A stretch of 38,127 nucleotides of DNA, taken from contig JAUYIW010000022.1 of NCBI GenBank assembly GCA_030688135.1, forward strand, positions 1 to 38,127, in the 5' to 3' direction. Shown here piece by piece: positions 1 to 9,442 of the stretch. The DNA is from Candidatus Uhrbacteria bacterium (GTDB lineage Bacteria; Patescibacteriota; Patescibacteriia; UBA9934). Position numbers and translations under genes: made by a program. The notes under the pieces were generated by a model. The model searched no databases. It was given only the letters and a program-made list of their open reading frames with translations, and was not told the origin of the DNA. Numbering within the stretch: the stretch's first letter is position 1; every line of letters begins with the position of its first letter.

Positions 1-38
1 GATTAACTCTGATTAACTTAAACTTATCTTTTGGAGAG

Positions 39-86
39 ATCAAAAAACATGTTTTAGTCCGATCGGACTAAAACATGTTTTTTGAT
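39..86. repeat. Perfect 48-bp palindrome (core GTCCGATCGGAC) just downstream of the PaaX/Cas2-like gene
   Basis: ATCAAAAAACATGTTTTAGTCCGA|TCGGACTAAAACATGTTTTTTGAT is its own reverse complement. Confidence 0.95.
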
Positions 87-88
87 TC

Positions 89-625
89 CTAACGGATTGC
101 AAGTGCCCTGTACACAAGAATGTAATCCTCGGCCTTTATAAGTTTTATTAAATCACGTAACTGGAATATAACATCTCTTTCACCTTCCCAGACGCTTTTT
201 TGTATCATCCGAAAGTCAGATTTCTTAAGAAGTTCTCGAAAACTTGACCTGACTCGACGAATATCTTCAGGAACATCGAATACCACAATACAAACCTCGC
301 CCTCAGGTAACATCGCTTCGGTAGTGAATATCTCAGTCTTTAAAGCAGACTCGTATCCCGCATCGGTCAATCGATACAGTATTTTATTGCCCTCAAATTT
401 TAGCTCAATTAACTTTTGCTTCTCTAGCTCCCTTAACTTTCTACGTTCTCCTTGCTCCTCGAACCGCCTTCTATCGTGCGCTATCTCTGCTCTTGGGATA
501 GTTAAATATGGCCTGACTCTATAAGAGCGCATACCCGATTCAAAAATACTTCCCGCTGTGTCGGCTAGTGAAAGTAGGATTTTCTTAGTAGCGTTTGAGA
601 TGGGCTTCGCATTATGATCTTTCAT
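89..625 (-). CDS. PaaX-family protein (winged-helix region plus Cas2/VapD-like ferredoxin-fold domain), stand-alone
   Basis: YRLTDAG wHTH wing, then CIVVFDVPEDIRRVRSSFRELLKKSDFRMIQKSVW, typical of the PaaX central/Cas2-like domain; no cas1 or CRISPR array in the window. Confidence 0.8.
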   Translation of the reverse strand: MKDHNAKPISNATKKILLSLADTAGSIFESGMRSYRVRPYLTIPRAEIAHDRRRFEEQGERRKLRELEKQKLIELKFEGNKILYRLTDAGYESALKTEIFTTEAMLPEGEVCIVVFDVPEDIRRVRSSFRELLKKSDFRMIQKSVWEGERDVIFQLRDLIKLIKAEDYILVYRALAIR

Positions 626-658
626 AATGAACAGATTAATATATTTACAATTAAGTAT

Positions 659-691
659 ACATGATTTGATCCGATCGGACTAAAACATGTT
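659..691. repeat. Imperfect palindrome of the GTCCGATCGGAC family, upstream of the PaaX-like gene
   Basis: ACATGATTTGATCCGA|TCGGACTAAAACATGTT; right arm matches the 39-86 palindrome. Confidence 0.9.
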
Positions 692-751
692 CATTGCAAA
701 GATTGAAACTTTATTTCTTGGTCTGCTTTAAAAGAATGATTTTAAACAAAT

Positions 752-794
752 AAAAACCCTGCAGTAGATCGGCCGATGCCGATGCACTACAGGG
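752..794 (-). terminator. Intrinsic terminator of ORF 829..1374
   Basis: Minus strand CCCTGTAGTGCATCGGCATCGGCCGATCTACTGCAGGG hairpin followed by TTTTT. Confidence 0.7.
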
Positions 795-828
795 CTACGC
801 CACGACGTAAATCGCGGAAGGTAGGGCG

Positions 829-1374
829 CTATGCGCCTGGGGTAAGTTCTCTGGTCTCTGTCAGTGTCTTTGAACTCTGATCCGGCGGGTTCCAGCCAAA
901 GCGAATCTTCAGAATCCGCATATGCATTTGCTGGGTAAAGATGAGACGCTCTTTCCTAGCGGCGCAGTCACTGCGAACGGCGTCAAGGTCAATGTCAAGC
1001 TCCTCATACACCAGTGCAGGAAGCTTGCCGTAAGGATCGTCCTCATTGAACAGAACACGCTCGATTACAAAAATTTCATTCGCATCTTCGAGCAATTCCT
1101 TCAATCCCTCTTGCTTCAAAAACTCAGCGTATGCGCGTCGCTCAGGATCTCGCCAACGTCTGATCATTGCGATTCCACTAACGACGATAAACAAGGCATT
1201 CATAGCCATGGCGGAAACAGCCAGATAGAAAGCTGTCGAATCCGACTCCCTAGAGGTCACGCAACCTAGGGTCAGCAAACCGAACACGGTAGCGCCAGAG
1301 ATGAACAGAAAGATTCCATTTCCCATGGTCGATCGACAACGAACATCATCCTCATTAAAGTACGTTATTTCCAT
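829..1374 (-). CDS. Hypothetical membrane protein (two N-terminal TM segments)
   Basis: 181-aa ORF, two hydrophobic stretches, GGGAG SD, upstream TTGACT-17-TAATGT (1433..1405), downstream terminator. Confidence 0.7.
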   Translation of the reverse strand: MEITYFNEDDVRCRSTMGNGIFLFISGATVFGLLTLGCVTSRESDSTAFYLAVSAMAMNALFIVVSGIAMIRRWRDPERRAYAEFLKQEGLKELLEDANEIFVIERVLFNEDDPYGKLPALVYEELDIDLDAVRSDCAARKERLIFTQQMHMRILKIRFGWNPPDQSSKTLTETRELTPGA

Positions 1375-1574
1375 GGTCTCTCCCGATGTTATAGATCTAG
1401 TAAGACATTATCGCTTATGTGGCGAAAAGTCAACAATAAACTAGCCAAATTTATAGGGATTAGGTACAATGTTTTTGAAACTAAATATCAAGGTGGAAGA
1501 AGTGAAATAAGTGAATAAGTTAATTTATCAGCTTTTCACGTTTATCATTTTTTTCACCTTTATAACTTTGTAAT

Positions 1575-2036
1575 ATGGATCAGCATTATGTAAGCGACGA
1601 AGGACTCCAGACTTTAAAAGATGAGGTTGAGAATAGAAAAACAACCCTTCGACGCGAGATAGCGGAAAAAATCAGCATCGCGAAAGATCAAGGTGACCTT
1701 TCAGAGAATTTTGAATATCAAGATGCAAAAGATCAACAAGCAGAAAATGAAACCAGAATTCTGTATCTTGAAGAACTTATAAAAAGTGCGGTTGTAGTTG
1801 AGAGAAGGGAAGGCGAAAGCACGATTAACGTTGGATCAAAATTTATAGTCGAAACAGCAGATGGTGGAACAAAGGAATTTGAACTTGTGGGAGCAACAGA
1901 GACCGATCCTCTCTCAGGAAAAATTAGCAATGAATCACCGCTTGGAAATAAATTTATTGGATCGTCCATTGGTGACACTATCAAAATGGAAACGCCTGGT
2001 GGGGCAATGACGTATAAAATTATTTCAATCGAGTAA
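1575..2036 (+). CDS. greA: Transcription elongation factor GreA
   Basis: GDLSENFEY and ISNESPLG motifs. Confidence 0.97.
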   Translation: MDQHYVSDEGLQTLKDEVENRKTTLRREIAEKISIAKDQGDLSENFEYQDAKDQQAENETRILYLEELIKSAVVVERREGESTINVGSKFIVETADGGTKEFELVGATETDPLSGKISNESPLGNKFIGSSIGDTIKMETPGGAMTYKIISIE

Positions 2037-2065
2037 ATGCAAGTTATAAGTTAAGAGACTAAATT

Positions 2066-3550
2066 ATGATCCCAGAGGAAATAGCAAGAAGAGAGCGGCT
2101 AAAATTAATTAGAGACGCTGGCATTGATCCATACCCTGCAGATTCGGGAAGAACACATTTAATACATGAGGTTCTTTTAAAATTTGATGATCTTGAAACT
2201 TCGGCTGATCCGGTCACTATAGCGGGACGAATGCGATCAAAACGAAAGCACGGTGGAGTTACATTTATAACACTCGAGGACGCAAGTGGCCGAATGCAGG
2301 TTGTTTTACATAGAGACTCTATTGGAGCTGAAGAATACCAAGCATTTCATGATCGCTCAGACGTTGGAGATTTTTTTGATTTTACAGGCCCTGTTTTTAA
2401 AACTCAAAAAGGAGAACAGTCAATAAATACAGTAAGCTACAAAATACTTACAAAAAGTCTATTGCCGTTGCCTGAAAAATGGCATGGCTTAACCGACACC
2501 GAAAAGCGCTACAGAAAGCGTTATCTTGATTTTATTGCCAATCCGGAAGCTATTGTTTTTGCAAAAGCCCGTGCGAATATGGTTCGAGCTATTCGAACAT
2601 TCTTGGAAGATGAAGGTTTTATGGAGGTTGAAACTCCAATTTTGCAGCCAATTCCGGGTGGAGCAAATGCAAAACCGTTTGTAACACATCACAATTCACT
2701 TCATGCTGATTTTTACCTTCGAATCGCACCGGAGCTTTACCTAAAACGATTGCTCGTTGGTGGATTTGAAAAAGTTTTCGAATTTGCAAGATGCTTCCGA
2801 AACGAAGGTATTAGCCCTCAGCATAATCCGGAATTTACTCAGGTTGAAACATATTGGGCATATGCCACCATCGAACAGCTCACCGATCACCTTGAGCGAA
2901 TGTTTGTGACTGCGCTAAAAGCTGTTACAGGCGGAAATAAGCTTATGATCGATGGCAAGGAATTTACAATCAATATTCCATTACCGCGTCACACTTTTCA
3001 TGATGTTGTACAAAAAGAAAGTGGTATAGATCTTGATAACTTTACAGATGAAGCCTCGCTTAGAACAGAAATATCAAACCGGAATATTAATACCAAGGAT
3101 GTTGTAGGATACGGAGATTTAATCGATCACCTATATAAAAAGCTTGTTCGACCAAAACTTATTGAACCGCAGTTTGTTATTGACTATCCGTCTGCAATGA
3201 AACCTCTCGCTAAACGAAGAGAAGGTGGCCAGTATAGCGCTAGCTCACAATTGCTTATAAATGGCTCAGAGGTTCTAAATAGTTTCAACGAGCTAAACGA
3301 TCCGCTCGAACAAGAAGAGCGATTCCAAGAACAGGATGCACTGCGAGAGCGTGGAAGCGACGAAGCTCAACACGCTGATTACGATTACGTTACAGCATTA
3401 AAGCACGGCATGCCTCCTGCGGCAGGCTATGGAATTGGGATCGATCGACTTGCAATGTTGCTCGCCGGAGTGCAAAATCTAAAAGAAGTAATTCTTTTCC
3501 CAACGCTAAAACCAGTTGAAGATGAAGAAACTAATGATGACTCCGAGTAA
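2066..3550 (+). CDS. lysS: Lysine--tRNA ligase (class II)
   Basis: OB fold, YLRIAPELYLKRL, FRNEG..HNPEF, GMPPAAGYGIGIDRL. Confidence 0.98.
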   Translation: MIPEEIARRERLKLIRDAGIDPYPADSGRTHLIHEVLLKFDDLETSADPVTIAGRMRSKRKHGGVTFITLEDASGRMQVVLHRDSIGAEEYQAFHDRSDVGDFFDFTGPVFKTQKGEQSINTVSYKILTKSLLPLPEKWHGLTDTEKRYRKRYLDFIANPEAIVFAKARANMVRAIRTFLEDEGFMEVETPILQPIPGGANAKPFVTHHNSLHADFYLRIAPELYLKRLLVGGFEKVFEFARCFRNEGISPQHNPEFTQVETYWAYATIEQLTDHLERMFVTALKAVTGGNKLMIDGKEFTINIPLPRHTFHDVVQKESGIDLDNFTDEASLRTEISNRNINTKDVVGYGDLIDHLYKKLVRPKLIEPQFVIDYPSAMKPLAKRREGGQYSASSQLLINGSEVLNSFNELNDPLEQEERFQEQDALRERGSDEAQHADYDYVTALKHGMPPAAGYGIGIDRLAMLLAGVQNLKEVILFPTLKPVEDEETNDDSE

Positions 3551-3554
3551 TAAT

Positions 3555-3956
3555 ATGACGCGTGTTTTAGTATTTGGAACATTTGATCATTTGCACCCTG
3601 GGCATGAGCATTTTTTAAAAGCTGCACAGGCTCTTGGAGATGAATTGATAGCTTGCCTAAGTCCTGATAAGATCGTCTTAAAGTTAAAGGACAGGGAAGT
3701 CATGAATAGTTATTCAAAAAGGAAAAAAGCCTTGGAAAGCGCAGGATTCTGTGATAAAGCTGTACAAGGAGACTCGAGTCTTGGAGGATATCAAATTATT
3801 AAGAAAATCAAGCCTGATATTATAGCGCTAGGATACGATCAGAAGGCTTTAAAGGCCGATTTAAAGCGTTGGATGGCCGAAAACGAACAAAGTATCGTGC
3901 TGAAGACAATCAGTGCATATAAGCCCAAAATCTATAAATCAAGTCTATTAAAATAG
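3555..3956 (+). CDS. Cytidylyltransferase-family protein (archaeal-type FAD synthase RibL-like)
   Basis: VLVFGTFDHLHPGH (HxGH) and PDIIALGYDQ; start moved to ATG 3555 just after the lysS stop. Confidence 0.8.
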   Translation: MTRVLVFGTFDHLHPGHEHFLKAAQALGDELIACLSPDKIVLKLKDREVMNSYSKRKKALESAGFCDKAVQGDSSLGGYQIIKKIKPDIIALGYDQKALKADLKRWMAENEQSIVLKTISAYKPKIYKSSLLK

Positions 3957-4013
3957 ACTACCGGGGCAACCACATTTTGTTACACCTACACGATCCGCAC
4001 CATATATAACACA

Positions 4014-4144
4014 TCTTGAATTACGAAACTCGATGAGATTTGCGTGAACGGGCTGTCGATCCCCGTGAACCCTACTAAAACGTAGGGAGAACGGGGGCGA
4101 CGGGCGCCCGTGAACGCAAAGATCGCAAGTTTCGTAATTCAAGG
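4014..4144. mobile_element. ~130-bp palindromic MITE-like element with 7-bp flanking direct repeat
   Basis: 16-bp perfect inverted repeat CTTGAATTACGAAACT (4015-4030 / 4128-4143), nested inner stems, TAACACA at 4007-4013 and 4145-4151. Confidence 0.65.
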
Positions 4145-4177
4145 TAACACAAGACCTAAAACCTATTCCATCCAAAT

Positions 4178-5446
4178 ATGATTGACATCAAGTTGTTACG
4201 TGAAGACCCTAAATTCATAATTGACGCTGCAAAAGCCAAAAACGTCGAAGTTGACATCGACCGAATTTTAGAGCTCGACAGAAAAGTTAAGGCTCTTAAA
4301 TCTGAAATTGAAAGTATTGCTGCTCAAAAAAATGAGGCGTCCGGAAGTATTGCCTCTGCAGAAAAAGATGAAAAGAAAAAACTAATCGACGATATGACAG
4401 CGATTAGTAAAAAAGAGGAAGAGCTAAAAGCTAGCCTATCGCCACTTTCTGAAGAACTAGATGAACTACTTTTTAAAATTCCAAATCCATCAGCAAGCGA
4501 TGTTACAGTTGCAGTAAGTGAAGACGAAAATGAAGTTATTCGAACAGTAGGAGAACCTACAAAATTCAAGTTTACGCCAAAGGATCACATAGAGCTTGGA
4601 AAGCTACTCGATATTATCGATACCGAATCAGCGTCAAAGGCAAGCGCATCACGTTTTGTTTATTTGAAAGGCGACGCTGTAATGCTTCAATTCGCGCTAA
4701 TGCAATATGCGTTACAAACCGCCATGAAGCACGGCTTTGTCCCTGTTGTAGTGCCTCACCTAATAAACGCAAAGGCAATGCGAGCAATGGGATATCTTGA
4801 GCATGGCGGACACGATGAAATCTACTATCTTGCAAAAGATAACATGTACCTGATTGGAACGTCAGAACAGGCGCTTGGTCCTATGCATATCGATAAAACT
4901 ATCGACGCATCTGAACTACCGCTTCGATATATTGGATATTCGCCTTGCTACCGTCGCGAAGCAGGCTCGTACGGCAAAGACACAAAGGGAATAATACGGT
5001 TACATCAATTCGACAAAATGGAAATGTTTAGCGTAACTAAGCCTGAAAATTCTGATGCCGAGCATGAACTAATTCTAAGTATTGAAGAAGAACTTATGCA
5101 AGGACTTGGTATTCCGTATCAGGTGCTAAAAATGGTCTCGGGAGATTTGGGACTTCCTGCTGCACGAAAATATGACATTGAAGCATGGGTGCCTTCGCAA
5201 GAGAAATATCGAGAAACACATTCTTGCAGTACAACTACAGACTTCCAAGCTCGAAGACTGAATACAAAGTTTAAAGAAGGAAAGGAGAAGCCACAGTTTG
5301 TTCATATGTTGAATGGCACTGCGTTTGCAATCGGACGAACAATTGTAGCGATTTTAGAAAACTTTCAGCAAGAAGACGGTTCAGTTATCATTCCAGAAGT
5401 ACTACGTCCGTTTATGGGCAAGGACGTAATGACTCCTAAGGCGTAG
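4178..5446 (+). CDS. serS: Serine--tRNA ligase
   Basis: MIDIKLLR N-terminal coiled coil, YLIGTSE, CYRREAGSYGKDTKGIIRLHQFDK, HMLNGTAFAIGR. Confidence 0.98.
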   Translation: MIDIKLLREDPKFIIDAAKAKNVEVDIDRILELDRKVKALKSEIESIAAQKNEASGSIASAEKDEKKKLIDDMTAISKKEEELKASLSPLSEELDELLFKIPNPSASDVTVAVSEDENEVIRTVGEPTKFKFTPKDHIELGKLLDIIDTESASKASASRFVYLKGDAVMLQFALMQYALQTAMKHGFVPVVVPHLINAKAMRAMGYLEHGGHDEIYYLAKDNMYLIGTSEQALGPMHIDKTIDASELPLRYIGYSPCYRREAGSYGKDTKGIIRLHQFDKMEMFSVTKPENSDAEHELILSIEEELMQGLGIPYQVLKMVSGDLGLPAARKYDIEAWVPSQEKYRETHSCSTTTDFQARRLNTKFKEGKEKPQFVHMLNGTAFAIGRTIVAILENFQQEDGSVIIPEVLRPFMGKDVMTPKA

Positions 5447-5468
5447 CCCTTAAACATGAATTAAAAAC

Positions 5469-6611
5469 ATGGCTACTCCCGGCGAAAAAACTTGGGTAGA
5501 AATAAATAGCGCAGCGCTTCGATCAAATATTGAAGCGCTGCGTTCTATTCTAAATCCAGAGAGTAAATTTTGCGCTACCGTAAAAGCAAACGCATACGGG
5601 CACGATATTGAAACCATTGTACGACTAGCTAAGATCGAGGGTGTAGAGCATTTTGCAGTCGACTCGGTGGACGAAGCGATTACTGCGCGCAAAGTTGCAC
5701 CAGAAGCACAAATTTTTATTCTTGGCCATACAGTACCCGAACATTTCGAAGATATTGTTACTCACAATCTTATCCAAACAATCTACGACGAACAGTCCTT
5801 AAACCAACTTGCAGATATTGCAAGCCGAATGCAATCGAGAGCCTTGGCAAACATTAAAATTGAAACTGGTACAAATAGACAGGGAATTCGTGAATTTAAA
5901 CTTCCCGATCTTTTAAGAGCTGCGCGAAGGCATGAACGTTTTGTACAAATAGTTGGAGTATCTTCACATTTTTGCGACGCAGAGAACGTTGAAGATCAAA
6001 ATCTTTTAATGTCGCAACTAGCTAACTTTGACCGCGCGCTAAACACAATTCACGCAACTGATTTTAGTCCACCATATATTCATATTGCTTGCAGTGCAGC
6101 CGCAATGCTTGAGCCAAAATCACACTTCACAATGGCACGATACGGAATTGCGATGTATGGGCTATGGTCCTCAAAAGCACTTGAGAAAAAAATGAAAATT
6201 TCAGGAAAAGTTGACCTTTCGCCTATAATGTCACTTAAAACTAGAATCGCCCAAATTAAGGATATTCCAGCAGGGGATTATGTTGGATATTCAAGGTCTT
6301 TTAGATCTGATCGACCAATCAGAATTGCAGTCTTGCCAATTGGGTATTATGATGGTTTTAGAAGAGCGTACCAGGGTGCAGACGTGTTGATTCAAGGTCA
6401 GCGCTGCAAAAACATTGGAAATATTTGCATGAACATGTTTATGGTAGATGTTTCAAATGTACCACGAGTAAATCCTGGCGACACCGTAACCTTACTAGGT
6501 CGTGATGGTATGCATCAAATAACGGCCGATGAACTCGGGGACCGCACAGGAACGATCAACTACGAAGTCGTAACCGCAATTGGCGCGCACTTGCCAAGAA
6601 TTGTGATTTAG
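5469..6611 (+). CDS. alr: Alanine racemase
   Basis: VKANAYGH PLP lysine motif, GYYDG, INYEV. Confidence 0.96.
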   Translation: MATPGEKTWVEINSAALRSNIEALRSILNPESKFCATVKANAYGHDIETIVRLAKIEGVEHFAVDSVDEAITARKVAPEAQIFILGHTVPEHFEDIVTHNLIQTIYDEQSLNQLADIASRMQSRALANIKIETGTNRQGIREFKLPDLLRAARRHERFVQIVGVSSHFCDAENVEDQNLLMSQLANFDRALNTIHATDFSPPYIHIACSAAAMLEPKSHFTMARYGIAMYGLWSSKALEKKMKISGKVDLSPIMSLKTRIAQIKDIPAGDYVGYSRSFRSDRPIRIAVLPIGYYDGFRRAYQGADVLIQGQRCKNIGNICMNMFMVDVSNVPRVNPGDTVTLLGRDGMHQITADELGDRTGTINYEVVTAIGAHLPRIVI

Positions 6612-6632
6612 ACAAATATATTTAACCTTTCT

Positions 6633-6659
6633 CAATCCGTACATCGGTAGGAACCTTGC
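6633..6659 (+). repeat. Dispersed ATCTGTA/ATCGGTAGG repeat copy
   Basis: CAATCCGTACATCGGTAGGAACCTTGC, 25/27 identical to 19614-19640. Confidence 0.8.
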
Positions 6660-6664
6660 AATCT

Positions 6665-7513
6665 ATGAACCGCAGAAATTTTACTAAATCCCACCAAACA
6701 AAGGTGTATGAATCACGGCGTTTTGAGAACCCTTTCTTTCAAGACAAAAAAAGATTCAAATTTCCATGGAAAAAGATATTTGCAAGTATATTGGTATTGA
6801 TAACGCTGTCAGGATTTGTTTATTTTATATTTTATAGTCCGCTTTTTCGAATTAATTCGATTGCAATAACAGGGCTTACAACAATATCTACCGAAAGTGT
6901 TGAAGACGTTATAGAAAACACATTCCTTGAAAAACGCTTGCTAGTTCTTCCAAAAGATAACAGATTTATTTTTCAATCAGATGACCTTCACTCAGCGCTT
7001 CAAGACGCATTTGACTTTGCCGAACTAGACATAACGCAACATGGAAATGCAATAGAAATTTCACTCGAAGAACGAATAACTTCGATTTTATGGGTTTCAG
7101 GAGATCGCTATGTTATTGCTGATCTGGATGGAAATGTTATAGAAGATTTGGTAGCAAATGAAGAAGGTGTGATTGACTTACCTTCAGCGATTCCCAAGGT
7201 TTTTGACGCTAGTTTTAGTGAAATTGCCTTAGGTGATTATGTACTTGCGGAGTACATAATTCAAAACATTATTACGTTCGATTCAGGCGTACGAAAACTA
7301 AATTTTGAACCTGAAGGATACGAAATTGAAAGTCCGGAATTTACTTGGTTCACAGTTAAAACAACAAGTGGACTTGATTTAATGTTTGATGCAGGGAAGG
7401 GGACAGAAGTACAATTACTAGCGCTAGAAGTTACCTTGCGTGAACATAAGGATGACTTAGCCGAACTCGAATATATTGATCTACGTTTTGGCGATCATGT
7501 TTATGTGAAGTAA
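6665..7513 (+). CDS. FtsQ/DivIB-type cell division protein (TM plus POTRA)
   Basis: Basic N-terminus, one TM, SPLFRINSIAITG POTRA start, C-terminal EYIDLRFGDHVY; ATG 6665 preferred. Confidence 0.85.
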   Translation: MNRRNFTKSHQTKVYESRRFENPFFQDKKRFKFPWKKIFASILVLITLSGFVYFIFYSPLFRINSIAITGLTTISTESVEDVIENTFLEKRLLVLPKDNRFIFQSDDLHSALQDAFDFAELDITQHGNAIEISLEERITSILWVSGDRYVIADLDGNVIEDLVANEEGVIDLPSAIPKVFDASFSEIALGDYVLAEYIIQNIITFDSGVRKLNFEPEGYEIESPEFTWFTVKTTSGLDLMFDAGKGTEVQLLALEVTLREHKDDLAELEYIDLRFGDHVYVK

Positions 7514-7525
7514 ATTAACAAGGGA

Positions 7526-7562
7526 CCTACCGATGTACAGATAGTTACCGATATACAGATTG
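7526..7562 (-). repeat. Dispersed ATCTGTA/ATCGGTAGG repeat copy (inverted)
   Basis: Reverse complement CAATCTGTATATCGGTAACTATCTGTACATCGGTAGG closely matches 36003-36039. Confidence 0.8.
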
Positions 7563-7674
7563 AGAAGAGATGAAAAGGAAATACTTCAGATTTCGCTTCT
7601 TGAATCACGATTCTTGACAAAGATATCAATTCTTGTTTAACTTTAATATTGATCTTTCAAAAACGGAGGAAAAA

Positions 7675-8550
7675 ATGCTGACTGCCTTTGCGATGTCAAT
7701 AATATCCTTGAATCTTGGGCTTCTGCTTATAATCCAATCCATGAACGTGAAAAGTAAACTCGACTCTGAGGCGTTAATTCTATTTGGAAATTTTCTGTTC
7801 TTAATTGGAGTGCTAATTAGTTTTATTAGTGGACCGGGTTGGTCGCTTACGACACCGGTATTGGTTACTTGCATAGCAATTTGGCTACCGGTTTTGGCCA
7901 TAAAGGCATGCAGGAGATTCAAGCTTACTGAGCTCGTTAACCACCAATGTACATCATTGCTATATACGTCTAGATTGAAAAAAAGGTTGGTAATGCAGAG
8001 GCTTCAGGGCTACGGAACAAGATTCCAAAACTGGTACAGCACTCGCGAACAGGCAATTCTGCCACAAGCTAAATGGCGTGCTGAATATCTATGTAGCCTG
8101 ATCACCGGACCTGGATGGCTTACTGAGCGCGAGCACATCAATCAGATTGCGCACAGCAAGCTTCCAGAGCTACTCGAGCGTCGAAGGTCGCTTAAAGACA
8201 AGGGTCGTCGCGTAGGTGAAATAATCGCAAAGTACCGGTCCAAGGATATTGACGACTTTGCTCGACAACTCCTCGATAAAAGCATTGGGGACAAGCAAAC
8301 GCTGGAAACCCTACTTGCAGAAACTAAACAACAAATTCGAGATTGTGTAACATTCCTTGATCACATCGAGTCTGATTTGATCGTTGCAGTGGAGGAGGGG
8401 AGCGGCCTAGGAGAACTCAGAGAAAACTTTTATTCGCTTTCTGCCCGCATTGAAGCAAGCGAACAATCGCTAACAAAAGCGCACAAGGAAGTAAAAAATC
8501 TTCCAACTATAGTTGCACTGGCCAGAAGACGAGAAAAAGAGCCACGATAG
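7675..8550 (+). CDS. Hypothetical membrane protein (N-terminal TMs, C-terminal coiled coil)
   Basis: GGAGG SD before ATG 7675, TTGACA at 7614-7619, terminator downstream; no family recognised. Confidence 0.7.
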   Translation: MLTAFAMSIISLNLGLLLIIQSMNVKSKLDSEALILFGNFLFLIGVLISFISGPGWSLTTPVLVTCIAIWLPVLAIKACRRFKLTELVNHQCTSLLYTSRLKKRLVMQRLQGYGTRFQNWYSTREQAILPQAKWRAEYLCSLITGPGWLTEREHINQIAHSKLPELLERRRSLKDKGRRVGEIIAKYRSKDIDDFARQLLDKSIGDKQTLETLLAETKQQIRDCVTFLDHIESDLIVAVEEGSGLGELRENFYSLSARIEASEQSLTKAHKEVKNLPTIVALARRREKEPR

Positions 8551-8558
8551 GAACTTAC

Positions 8559-8586
8559 ACCGCCGGTAACTGCCTGCGGTTTTTTT
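8559..8586 (+). terminator. Intrinsic terminator
   Basis: ACCGCCGGTAACTGCCTGCGGT hairpin plus T-run. Confidence 0.7.
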
Positions 8587-9122
8587 ATTCAAATATTCTG
8601 TGCAGTAATGTTTTACGACACAAGTAGATTGGGGAGCACAGTGTGTGGCAGGGCTGTTTGTAAAATAGCTTATACTTTTAGCCATTTGCTCTTTGCTTTT
8701 GGCTAAATAGATAAGTAAAACGTGTTCAAACATTCAGTGGACTGGCAAACACAGCAAAAAGGTCGACAGGGCCGTAACGGACAAAGTTGAACGCAAAACT
8801 ATACGTACCCCAGGTCACATGCGATAAAATGGAAGCGTCGCCAAATATACCTTTTACGACCCAAGAGGAATTCCGAACAGGATTGGGCATAAAGGTAACA
8901 TCAAAAATACATCAATTTAATAATAATTAGAGGTAATAATGCCTCTTTATATACAGATAAAAGACTTGTGAAAGATTTTCTATACTTCTTACTAGCTCCT
9001 CAATTTAGAGTTCCCATACCCTTAACCACATTCTTAATTCTAAATATTGTTAGTTGCACCTCCCCCATTTCCTACTCATAAATATACATGTGTCGTAAAA
9101 TGGTTAACACCCTGCTGCGTTA

Positions 9123-9442
9123 GGATCATACGCAATTTAGGTGGAAGATGCATAGAGGCCAAAGGTTAGCTCAACCGGTAAAAACAGCGAATCTCTTGCT
9201 TTCTACCATCTCGAACCCGACTTAACTTTCTGCTGTCGGGTGAGAGATCTTTCGAACCCCACCATCTCGAGGAGCTTGCGATCCACGACGAGAGATCTTT
9301 CGCGGTTCGCTGAGATCTCCGAAAGATTTCTCCTCGCGACCTACATACTCGTCGAAATGGTAACTTTCTACTTATTAAATGGATCAAACAAATCCTAACC
9401 TGGCAGATTAGATGACTCCTCCACCCAAATTGCGTATGATCC
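9123..9442. mobile_element. 320-bp MITE with terminal inverted repeats and 8-bp target-site duplication, carrying nested hairpin repeats
   Basis: GGATCATACGCAATTT perfect 16-bp TIR (extends to ~26 bp with 2 mismatches); CTGCGTTA at 9115-9122 and 9443-9450. Confidence 0.8.
9206..9360. repeat. Cluster of three CCATYTCGA...GAGARATCT hairpin repeats inside the MITE
   Basis: Copies at 9206-9250 (+), 9262-9298 (+), 9324-9360 (-); CTTTCTAC direct repeat at 9199-9206 and 9364-9371. Confidence 0.8.

Noticed and set aside
89-625. Calling this a CRISPR cas2 gene
   Set aside because: It has an N-terminal wHTH-like region and is too long for Cas2; no cas1 or CRISPR array lies in the window
3948-4175. 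75-aa minus-strand ORF, or a T-box leader for serS
   Set aside because: The ORF is a by-product of the palindrome; no T-box consensus or terminator/antiterminator is visible
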